Below are positions 53,050 through 64,000 of a stretch of DNA of 64,000 bases, one piece after another (the stretch's first letter is position 1; the number at the start of each line of letters is the position of its first letter). This stretch comes from Paraspadella gotoi (taxonomy: Eukaryota; Animalia; Chaetognatha). A program made the translations under genes and the position numbers. The notes below the pieces were generated by a model that was not told where the DNA came from, made no database searches, and saw only the letters and a list, made by a program, of their open reading frames with translations. The stretch lies in NCBI GenBank assembly GCA_051294375.1, contig CM119266.1:15030999-15094998 (forward strand). The letters run 5' to 3'.

Positions 53050-54359
53050 GAGAGGAAGGAACTTATACGGAGAAACGTTGAATCAGGATTTTTATATTCC
53101 TAAAAAAAAATGTCAGTTTTGGTTACTTTTTTTTTTCGTCTTATGAAGTCGTAGCGTTCGGAGAAATAAAAAGAATGCAGGTTTATTGTTTGTCCCGGTT
53201 TTATATAAAAGAGGCTTGTTGAATCTTTTATTTATTTTTTCTTTAGTCGAACATAAAGAGAACCGAAGTCAAAAAAAATCCCAGTCGTTAGCTGAAAAAT
53301 ATAAAGAGGAGAGAAAGAGAGAAATGGATTAAAATTGGATTGTTTCGATCAAATGTTTTAAAGATAAGCAAACATGTTTCTTAACACGCGCATTCGTCAT
53401 GTCAACGGTCGCTCATCTCTCACCCCCCCTTTTCCCATCCTCCGAACTTACCAAGACACGATGACGAATGTACCCGTAATATCAAAGAGCGTCTGCTAAG
53501 AGCGAGCTTTTCTCCTTCGCTACATCAGGTTTGGTTGCTTGGTAAGGGAATGCCGGAAATTAAGGGGAAGGGAGGGAGAAAATGGGTCGGGCCGCCCCTC
53601 CGGGATTGTTTCGGAGGGGGGACGGCGGCGAAAGCGGCGGCGGCTGCGGCGAAGGCTGCCGGCGATCAGGACGCGATCATGATAAGGATCATCGCCGCTT
53701 TATGGTTCGTTTCGGGATTCCGACGACTTCCAAGGTTTTCTGTGAACGAGAGAAATGAAGAGATTAAATATTTAAAGCGGAACAAAGGCTATTTTTTATC
53801 CGCTGAAAAAAAAATATATCGATAAAAAACGGTTTTTAAGAAAATATTTAGACTTAGAACGACCTTCAATTTAGCGCCAAGAGAAATGGAATTAATCACC
53901 GTTAAAAAAATGTTCAGAATATATTAATTTAATATTGATTCGGTTATATTCAATCCGATCTTTTTTTGTATTTCGGTTATTATTTTTTTTCTTCGCTGAA
54001 AAGAGAAAGGAACTTCGCGAGTTATTTTTTTGGCGAACGAAAATTGGTTTAATTGAAAAAAAAAATCTGATAAGAAAATGAAGTGAGAGAAGTGAAGGCG
54101 ACTGTGATTGGAAAATGTGGAAATGCAATAAACCAACAATTTAAAGCGGCTGCGTAAACTTAGATCCAAAATTTCTCTTCATTATCACCGAATTTTTTTT
54201 TCTTTTTTTGAAATTCTTTTTCTTATTTATCATAACCAAAGTTCGATTAGTATATTTGCGTAGGCAGGAGGGGAAGAGGGGTAAGGAAATAAGAAAGGAG
54301 AGAAGTAAGGAGGAGAGAGAGAGAGAGGAGAGAGGAGAGAAAGAGAGGAGAAAGAGAGA

Positions 54360-54398
<39 letters not shown>

Positions 54399-55246
54399 AT
54401 CCGATTGTTAACCCCCTCGGGGCCAGGGGCCAAATAACGAGAACGATCAAGACGACAACGAACGACGACGACGACGACAACATCGACGACGACGAGAAAA
54501 AGATTGATATTTTTTTTTTCTTTAGCGAAATTCTGAGACACACAGAGAGAAAAAAAAATTTTTTGCCGAGATTAATGAAAATAAATAAAGCAGAAGATTA
54601 GGAGAAATACGAATCAAAGAGAAACGGCCTACACTTGACCAAAACTCGGGGCCAAAAATAAACCGAAATGATTTTTTAGTTGTGAAAAATTAAAAAAAAT
54701 GTACGCGCCGAGGAGGAAAAAGGTTTTTTGAGAATTAAAACGCACATAAAAAAAATATTTTAGGAACATTACTCACGAGAAAGAAAAAAAAAAGTTTTAG
54801 AAAATTAAATTCGTATATCGAAGATTTTATTTTCCAATTTTCCATTTATTTTTTCTCGTTCTTAAGTATTTTTTTTTCCTCCTAATTCTTAGCACGCATT
54901 TTTATCATTTCGAATTGTGTTTTCATAAATTTCATTTTTTTTTTTTTTTTCGATGTCTCGATCCGAAGAGCGATGTCTTTTCTTCTCTCAGGAGTTTTTA
55001 AGAGGTCGCTTGAGGATGTGAGACAATTGGTTATTGCTTAATTAGAATCAATTCCTTAACAGACCTTGCTTTCACAGACCCTACCCCACCACCAAGTGTC
55101 CACCGTCCTTCTTCTTATCTTTTCTCACCATCATCGTTTAAAAAACCGGAAATATCATTCGCCTCTGTCGCGAACAACGAAAGCGCATTCCGAATTGCTC
55201 TTGTTTTTACTACGTCGGTAAGGTGTCAGGACTTTGGCACAGAGAG

Positions 55247-55316
<70 letters not shown>

Positions 55317-58300
55317 GCCACGCAGCGGTGGCTGGAGTGTTATGTTTCGGTTTAAATATTTTTTTGTTCCCCCCCCATCCGCCTCCCCCGATTTCTTCTT
55401 TTATCATCTCTTTTCGTTATCATCGCATCGATTTTCACTTTTTTTTGGAAAAGAGACTTGAGTCATTTTTCAGGCGAGTGATAAGCGGAGGCGACGAAGT
55501 ATGAATTTCAGAGAAGGGAATTAAACGAATCATATTCCTATTATGTCATTTGGGTAGTAAAATGTATTACTATTATTTCCTAAACTTTAATGAACACTAA
55601 ATGCGTCAAATTTTATACTCTAAACTCTCTCTAGATCCATCTACTTTTTCAATCCGATATTGTGACGTATATATTTTTATCGCCTCTTATCCCTTTTTTT
55701 GTTTCAAAACGCGCAATGAATCTCCTAGGGGTTAATAATAATCGGCCGCGCGAAAGTCTTCGCCAAGAAACGAAAATTCGATTTTATCGACGATAAACAT
55801 TTTTTTTTTCTTTTTTGTTCCTATGAGGCGACGGCTTCGCTCGCCCTTACCGCACCCTTAAGTTCAACACCTCAAGGCGAAAAGCGAATTGTAAACATAT
55901 CTCGGCCAGAATACAACCGGGGAAAAAAATGGCGGGAAACGGACTGCGTAGGATTAAAGGGCGCGGCGGACATTCACGAACCCCCCCCCGTCCAAGCGTT
56001 CTACCTCACCCTCGACCCATCGAAACCCCAGCCCTTCCCGGAGCCACCCAGTCGGCGACCCCACCGACGAGGGGTTTTTTTTGCACGCCCCGGTTGATAT
56101 ATCTTGGCCGAGATATGTTTACAATGTCGCTTTTCGCCTTGAGGTGTTGAACTTAAAGGGTTGCGGTAAGGGGCGAAGCGAAGCCGTCGCCTCCTAGGAA
56201 CAAAAAAAAAANNNNNNNNNNNNNNNNNNNNNNNNNNNNNNNNNNNNNNNNNNNNNNNNNNNNNNNNNNNNNNNNNNNNNNNNNNNNNNNNNNNNNNNNN
56301 NNNNNNNNNNNNNNNNNNNNNNNNNNNNNNNNNNNNNNNNNNTTATTAACCCCCTAGGAGAATTCATTGCGCGTTTTGAAACAAAAAAAGGGATAAGAGG
56401 CGATTAAAGTATAGTACGTCACAAATATCGGGATTTGAAAAAGTAGAAATGGATTAGAGAGAGTTTAGAGTATTGTAAATTTGACGCATTTAGTTGTTCA
56501 TTAAAGTTTAGAAATATAGTTAATACATTTACTACCCAAATGACATAATAGGAATAATGATTCGTTTAATTTCCCTTCTCTGAAATTCATACTTCGTCGC
56601 CTCCGCTTATCACTCGCCTGAAAAATGACTCACAGTCTCTTTCCAAAAAAAAAGTGAAAATCGATGCGATGATAACGAAAAGAGATGATAAAAGAAGGAA
56701 ATCGGGGGGAGGGCGNNNNNNNNNNNNNNNNNNNNNNNNNNNNNNNNNNNNNNNNNNNNNNNNNNNNNNNNNNNNNNNNNNNNNNNNNNNNNNNNNNNNN
56801 NNNNNNNNNNNNNNNNNNNNNNNNNNNNNNNNNNNNNNNNNNNNNNNNNNNNNNNNNNNNNNNNNNNNNNNNNNNNNNNNNNNNNNNNNNNNNNNNNNNN
56901 NNNNNNNNNNTCTCTGAGTCTCTCTGTGCCAAAGTCCTGACACCTACCGACGTAGTAAAAACAAGAGACAATCGGAATGCGCTTTCGTTTGTTCGCGACA
57001 GAGGGCGAATGATATTTCCCGGTTTTTTAACGATGATGGTGAGAAAGATAAGAAGAAGGACGGTGGACACTTGGTGGTGGGGTAGGGTCTGTGAAAGCAA
57101 GGTCTGTTAAGGAATTGATTCTAATTAAGCAATAAACCAAATTGTCTCACATCCTCAAGCGACCTCTTAAAAACTCTGAGAGAAGAAAAGACATCGCTCT
57201 TCGGATCGAGACATCGAGAAAAAAAAATGAAATTATGAAAACACAATTCGAAATGATAAAAATGCGTGCTAAGAATTTAGGAGGAAAAAAAATTACTAAG
57301 ACGAAGAAAAAATAAATGGAAATTGGAAAATAAAATCTTCGATATACGAATTTAATTTTCTAAAACTTTTTTTTTTCTTCTCGTGAGTAATGTTCCTAAA
57401 ATATTTTTTTTATGTGCGTTTTAATTCTCAAAAAACCTTTTTTTCCTCCTCGGCGCGTACATTTTTTTTAATTTTTCACAACTAAAAAATCAATTTCGGT
57501 TTATTTTGGCCCCGAGTTTTGGTCAAAGTGTAGGCCGTTTCTCTTTGATCGTATTTCTCCTAATCTTCTGCTTTATTTATTTTCATTAATCTCGGCAAAN
57601 NNNNNNNNNNNNNNNNNNNNNNNNNNNNNNNNNNNNNNNNNNNNNNNNNNNNNNNNNNNNNNNNNNNNNNNNNNNNNNNNNNNNNNNNNNNNNNNNNNNN
57701 NNNNNNNNNNNNNNNNNNNNNNNNNNNNNNNNNNNNNNNNNNNNNNNNNNNNNNNNNNNNNNNNNNNNNNNNNNNNNNNNNNNNNNNNNNNNNNNNNNNN
57801 NNNNNNNNNNNNNNNNNNNNNNNNNNNNNNNNNNNNNNNNNNNNNNNNNNNNNNNNNNNNNNNNNNNNNNNNNNNNNNNNNNNNNNNNNNNNNNNNNNNN
57901 NNNNNNNNNNNNNNNNNNNNNNNNNNNNNNNNNNNNNNNNNNNNNNNNNNNNNNNNNNNNNNNNNNNNNNNNNNNNNNNNNNNNNNTCGGTGATAATGAA
58001 GAGAAATTTTGGGATCTAAGTTTACGCAGCCGCTTTAATTGTTGGTTTATTGACATTCACATTTTCCCAATCACAGTCGCCTTCACTTCTCTCACTTCAA
58101 TTTTCTTATCAGATTTTTTTTTTCAATTAAACAATTTTCGTTCGCCAAAAAAATAACTCGCGAAGTTCCTTTCTCTTTTCAGCGAAGAAAAAAAATAATA
58201 ACCGAAATACAAAAAAAGATCGATGATATAAACCGAATCAATATTAAATTAATATATTCTGAACATTTTTTAACGGTGATTAATTCCATTTCCTCTTGGC

Positions 58301-59569
58301 GCTAAATTGAGGTCGTTCTAAGTCTAAATATTTTCTTAAAACCGGTTTTTATCGAATATTTTTTTTCGCCGATAAAATTAGCCTTTGTTCCGCTTATAAA
58401 TATTTAATTCTCTTCATTTCTCTCGTTTCACAGAAAAACCTTGAAGTCGTCGGATCCCGAAACGAACATAAAGCGGCGATGATCCTTATCATGATCGCGT
58501 CCTGATCGCCGGCAGCCTTCGCCGCAGCCGCCGCCGCCTTCGCCGCCGTCCCCCCTCCGAAACCAATCCCGGAGGGGCGGCCCGACCCATTCTCCCTCCC
58601 TTTCCCCTTAATTTCCGGCATTCCCTTACCAAGCAACCAAACCTGATGTAGCGAAGGAGAAAAGCTCGCTCTTAGCAGACGCTCTTTGATATTACGGGTA
58701 CATTCGTCATCGTGTCTTGGTAAGTTCGGAGGATGGGAAAAGGGGGGGTGAGAGATGAGCGACCGTTGACATGACGAATGCGGCGTGTTAAGAAACATGT
58801 TTGCTTTATCTTTAAACATTTGATCGAAACAATCCCAATTTTAATCCATTTCTCTCTTTCTCTCCCTCTTTATATTTTCAGCTAACGACTGGGATTTTTT
58901 TTTGACTTCGCTTCATCTTTATGTTCGACTAAAGATTAAAAAATAATAAAAGATTCAACAAGCCTCTTTATATAAAAACCGGGAACAAACAATAAACCTG
59001 CAATTCTTTTTATTTCTCCGAAACGCTACGACTTCATAAGACGAAAAAAAAAGTAACCAAAACTGAACATTTTTTTTTAGGAATAATAAAAATCCTGATT
59101 CAAACGTTTCTTCCGTATAACGTTCCCTCTCCTCTCATCTATCGTCCGCCTCTCTCCTTCTCTTCCCCCTTCCTCTTGATCATCTCTCATCATCTCATCT
59201 TCTCTCGTCTTCTCTCTCTCTCTCTCTCTCCCGGATTCCGTTTTTCTTTTTTTTTTACGCACGAATCTAATTACCGGACACAATGTTACACCAAAGCGAA
59301 ACCAGAAAAAAAATCATGCTTGGGTATTTGCGTATGCTTGAACAAAAAACCGAATCAACGCCATCTACTTCAAACGACATCATCATCATCACCTTTTCCG
59401 CCGCCGCCGTCGCCGCCGCCGCCGCCGCCTCCGTCTTTTCGATCGCCGTTCATCCCACTTTCCTTCATATCGCCGCCTCCGGATGCTCGATGCCGATTTT
59501 CCGGCCGCCGTCTTCGTCGTCTTCGTCGTCGCCGTCGTCGGCATGATCGCCTAGACCGACGCCGAGACG

Positions 59570-60680
59570 ATGATGGACCCTCTGGCGGAGGAGCGCATCG
59601 ACCGAGATCCCTCCGCAGCCTCCGCCGCGGTCTCAGCAGCAGCAGCGGCAGCAGCAGCCGTCGCGGCAAAAGCGGGCCCCGTTCCGACGTCGACCTGTCG
59701 TCGGAGCGTCGCCATGGCGACGTCGAGCGCCGACGCCACGATGATGGCGCCGGCGTCGACCGGCGTCGTCGGTGCCGGATTCAAACCCCAACCTTCGATT
59801 TCCCCCTCTGCCTCTTCGGCAACACTTTCAATGCTTGGACAACAACATCATCAACAACAACAACAAACACAACAACAACAATTACCGAATTCTACGCCGG
59901 CAGTCAACAACGACTCTCAGTGGGCAAACAACAATCAGTTACGGCACCTGACGCCGCAACAACAGCAACAATTGCAACAACAACAACAACAACACCAACA
60001 GCTTCGTCGGTTGACTAACGACTGCGATGCTGTTGATGCTTCGAACTCGTCTACGGGTGATTCAACCGGCGGCGCCGCCGCCGCCGCCGCCTCCGCCGCC
60101 CTCTCGGCGTCCCTTGTACAGAAACTTCCCTCGCCCCGCGACGCCGGGGTGGGCGCGGACGGGGGCTCCGCGGCGCCCGGCGCTCAGAACCAACGACATA
60201 AACAGTTTCTTTCACCGTCGTCGTCGTCTTCGTCGTCGTCGCTGTCCGATTCCCACTCCACCGCCCCCTACAACAGTCTCAAACCTTCGTCGTCGTCCGT
60301 ACCTCTTCACATGCTGCATCAACAACAGCAGCAGCAACAGCATCATCAACAACAACAACGACAGTACCAACTATCGCAGCAGCAAGATTATCAACCGTCG
60401 TCATCTCGAACAACCGGCGTTAATAACAACAACAACAACGTCGGACGAAGTTCCATGTCTCCATCCGGCGCGCCATCCGCCGGCAACCACCCCGGCGCCT
60501 TCAATTCCAACGGCGTCGGCAGGTGGCAAAGCAGTCATAAACCGGCGTCGTCGCCTTCACCGACCAACGCCACCGCCCCAAACGCCGTCGGAAGAACCAC
60601 GCCCACCGGCGCCCCGACGAACCGATCGACGGCGCCGTCGCCCAACGCCGTCGCCAAGCAGAACGAACAGAGGACTTTAG
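59570..60680 (+). CDS. zfh2: zfh2/ZFHX3-4 homolog, first coding exon (low-complexity Ala/Gln/Ser/Asn-rich N-terminus), + copy
   Basis: Open frame MMDPLAEERIDRD...QNEQRTL with an in-frame upstream stop (TAG 59552-59554). It ends at a canonical donor TTAG|GTAAGT (GT at 60681) in phase 1, which joins in frame to the exon at 61664. Family identity comes from the downstream exons. Confidence 0.75.
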
Positions 60681-61104
60681 GTAAGTTCAGTCGGGACTGG
60701 AATCAACAGTGTTTTCTTTATCAGCTCATTTAGTTTCAACCGTCCAAACCGTTTTATTAAAAAAAAAAAAAATCCGAATTTAACATAAAAACTTTTTTGA
60801 CGTTCGTTTCCTGTCATAAATCTCGTAATGCTATTTAAAACTTGACATCGATTACTTTATATATTACGGATCGAATAAGTAATTGCTGGTCGTTTCCCGA
60901 GAGAAATTACACGTTTCGAACTTACCTTTCCATCGTCCGTCATTCGTCAAAAAAAAAAAGAAAAAAAAAAGAAAGAATAGATAAAAAAAAGTTTGTTTTG
61001 ATTCTTCTGATTAACTCTCTCTCGTGGTTTCGGAATAAAGTGAAATGATTACGAGGAGAGGGAATTTCGAAATGGGAAAACGTAATGAGAACATGAAAAC
61101 CAGT

Positions 61105-61215
<111 letters not shown>

Positions 61216-61663
61216 GAAACGCGCTCGCGAATGAGTTATCCTAATTAAAACAACACTTGCAAGGTTAATCGAACATTTTCTCCAATGTCGGGTTTTTTTT
61301 TTCAGGACGGAAAAATGGAGAGAGAATGGGTAAAGCAGCTAATTGCGCCTCTAATTCGAATTAGGCCGCTCTGATCGTTTGTTTTCAATAAACTAAGTAT
61401 GAAAAATTGGCAGTTCTCAAAGAGAGAGAATAAATCTTTACTTTTAAATGAGATTTGCAATTTTTTTTTAAAATGAGAACTAATGTCAAAACCACGACGG
61501 CGTATGTTGAATTTAATGAGACTTAATGAGCTTTGATCAACTCACGGGATAAACAGAAAGTATAGGTGACCAGACGGTTGACATTTGCGAGGAGAAAACC
61601 TCAATTGATTAATGTAATGGCAAATCGTAATTGTTCCCATTCACACCCTCTCTTTCAAATTAG

Positions 61664-62627
61664 GCACCGTCCTGGACCTGGAGGATCTTCACAACGAATT
61701 CTCCGGCGTCGCCGCCGCCGCCTCGGCCGCCGCCGGTGCCGCCGCCGCCTCCACGGACTCGCATCCGGACGACGCCTCGGAAGCCCCGAGCGACGTGGAG
61801 ACCTTCGACGGGAAGATCATTTACAATCCCGACGGCTCCGCCTACATCATCGAAGCCGGCGACTCGGAGGCGCCCTCCGACGACGATGCCGAGGCCCTGC
61901 GGCAGGAGGGCAGCATTGTGGACAGCCGCAGCCGCAACTTGCTGCGGTTGCCGCAGCTGCCGTCCATCCCGCAGATCGAACTCGCCTTCCACGTCTCGCG
62001 GAGCTACGCCCTCTACGGCGGCGTCTATGGAGGACGCGGCGCCGGCGTCGACGAGGCCTTGCGCGCCGCCGCCGCCGCCGCCCGCCGCCCCTCCAGCCCC
62101 GAGGCGCCTATCATGCACAGTTACCGCGTCTACGACGTTCGCGGTTCCGGATCGACAGCCGGAACCGCTGCCGCCGCCGCCGCCGCCGCCGTCGGAAACG
62201 GACGGAACGTCGAAAACATCGACGGCGGTAACGACGCCTCGCCCGCCTCTCCGCGTCAAAGAACGCCGAAGGCCGACGCCGCCGCGCTCGACGAGATCTT
62301 CTCCGGCGGCGCCAAAAACCCCGTGGCCAAGGAGACCGGCGCCACCGCCGGAAATCCGGCGTCGACGCTCTCCGACGTCTACCCGCCCTCCAAGCCGATC
62401 CTCATGTGCTTCATCTGCAAACTCTCTTTCGGCTACACTCGATCCTTCGTCGCCCACGCCATCGGCGAACACGGGATGCGCCTCATCGACAGGGAGAAGG
62501 ACATCCTCGCCAACAAGAACGTCTCCGCCATCATCCAGGGACTCGGGAAGACCAAGGAGCCTCTCATGTCATTCCTCGAGCCGAACGCGCTCAACGGAGA
62601 TGGAGACGTCGATGCCAACGGATGCGG
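61664..62627 (+). CDS. zfh2: zfh2/ZFHX3-4 homolog, exon with the conserved N-terminal motifs and first atypical zinc finger, + copy
   Basis: Acceptor TCTTTCAAATTAG|G and donor CGG|GTGAGT. It encodes SDVETFDGKIIYNPDGSAYIIE, PIMHSYRV and KPILMCFICKLSFGYTRSFVAHAIGEHGMRLIDREKDILANKNVSAIIQGLGKTKEPLMSFLEP, which I recognise as hallmark ZFHX3/ZFHX4/Zfh2 segments. Confidence 0.93.
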
Positions 62628-63041
62628 GTGAGTTGTGGGTGGGTGGGTGAAGCGCTGAAGCATGGGTTGTTTTTGGTCGGTGGAAAGGGGGATTCAGTGT
62701 GGAAAGTGAAGAATTGTGAACAAAGTAAATGCTGATCGGAAATTATTATTGGTCTCGTCAAATTTTATTTGATACTATATATATATATATACTTAATTTT
62801 TAAAAAAAACTTTGTATTTGATTGGGTAAAAAACTAAAAAAATATATTCAAACCAAAACAAAAGTAGCCACTTTTAAAAAATAAGCTAAAATAATAATCA
62901 ACGATATCATAATTGAGGTTGCGGGATCATTAATATTTCCCGTTTCACTTAATGCATAACGATTATTTTTATAAGTGTGCGAAGGCAAAGATAATATTAG
63001 AAAAAGACATTTAAAAGAGATATATTTTATTATGGCTTCAG

Positions 63042-64000
63042 GGACGCGACTCTCGCCAAGGGCCCCGCCTCCTGTTCCCCGGCCTCCGCTTCCGACGCCC
63101 GACTCTACGGCTTCGGCCCTTCCACCGCCGATTCCGCCTACTCGCCCCGCGCTTTCAACCTCGCCAAAGAGAATCCGCCTCCCGCCCCCAGTAGTCTAGC
63201 CTCCCCCCTCGCCGCCCCGAACGGGCCATCGACGGTCAAGGCGCTCGGACATCCTCGGGCGGTCGCGCCCTCCGGTGCTAAAGGAATCAACTCCTCTTCG
63301 GACTGTAGTAGCGTTAGCGGTAGCGGTAGCGGTAGTAGCAGCCTCGTCAACAATGATCTTTATCCTAGTCTGAGTAGTAGCGTCACTTCATCTTCCCCTT
63401 TAGCTAGCATTGCTTCGTCGGGCGAAGCCGTCGTCAAGGGCGGCTTAGCCTTATCCTCCTCTGTTTTGTCTTCTAGCAGCATCAGCAGCAGCAGCGCCGC
63501 TCACGGAAACAACAACAACAACAACAACCACGTGAGCGACTCTTTTTCCAGCTCCGCCCGCGTCGCCGGACCGCTCGTTGCCCCGCCCACCGCGCTCGCG
63601 GCGCCGCTTCGCAAGTATGCGGGAATGAACCACGCCGCGGACGACGAGATGGCGTCGACGTCGGAGGGCGGCGCCCTCGTCGCGTCGCCGGCCGACGCCT
63701 CGAGGGAGGCGTCCTCCTTCAAACCACGCGTCACCTACGACTCTAACTTCAACGAATCTCCGGTGCGAGGAGGCGGCGGCGCGACGGGCCGCGCGCCAAC
63801 TCCCACATCCTCAGCGGGTCCGTTGTCCCTCGTCGGCGGTGCGCCGTCGCTGCCCGTCTCGCTGCCTCACCTGGGCTGCTCCGTTCACCCCGAAGGGAAA
63901 CCCTCGGGCGTCGATTGTCCTAAATGTGATATGATCCTCGGCGCTGCGGCGGCCGCTGCCGCCAGCGCCGCAGCTGCACGGGTCGGCCTCCCGCCTGGCA
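63042..64000 (+). CDS. zfh2: zfh2/ZFHX3-4 homolog, third exon (runs off the window end), + copy
   Basis: Acceptor GGCTTCAG|G with a phase-2 join to the previous exon. Manual translation gives a stop-free Ser/Ala-rich frame to the window end (so it is absent from the ORF track). It ends ...LGCSVHPEGKPSGVDCPKCDMILG..., matching the ZFHX GVECPKCD finger. Confidence 0.88.

Noticed and set aside
61660-62650. Alternative-frame and antisense ORFs overlapping zfh2 exon 2 (61736-62650 +, 61660-62472 -, 61566-62231 +)
   Set aside because: These are shadow ORFs expected in GC-rich coding DNA. Only one frame carries ZFHX motifs.

Overview
This is eukaryotic, probably arthropod, draft-assembly DNA. It is rich in (GA)n, (CTTT)n and (CGT)n microsatellites, has many N gaps, and contains several noisy, indel-rich tracts that look like unpolished long-read sequence. 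The only recognisable gene is the N-terminal part of a zfh2/ZFHX3-4 zinc-finger homeobox gene, and it is present twice, head-to-head. The two copies form a giant inverted repeat (arms of about 8 kb or more) centred near 56.0 kb. The + copy (59570 to the window end) has three clean, phase-compatible exons. The - copy (52631 down to about 43990) has eight exons with many frameshifting indels. The arms are not identical: the left arm carries a complete 729-bp miniature LTR element (TRIM-like; TG..CA LTRs, 6-bp TSD) where the right arm has the empty site, and the arms differ at synonymous positions. They are therefore two alleles or two paralogs, not simply one molecule read twice. Positions 1-43 kb show no recognisable coding sequence. 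They hold a ~4.6-kb array of a ~71-bp satellite, smaller minisatellites, a phased TCACGTGA E-box cluster, a dispersed L2-like repeat end and two local duplications that look like assembly scars. Nearly all other listed ORFs are microsatellite or N artefacts. I found no evidence for a new multi-gene system.
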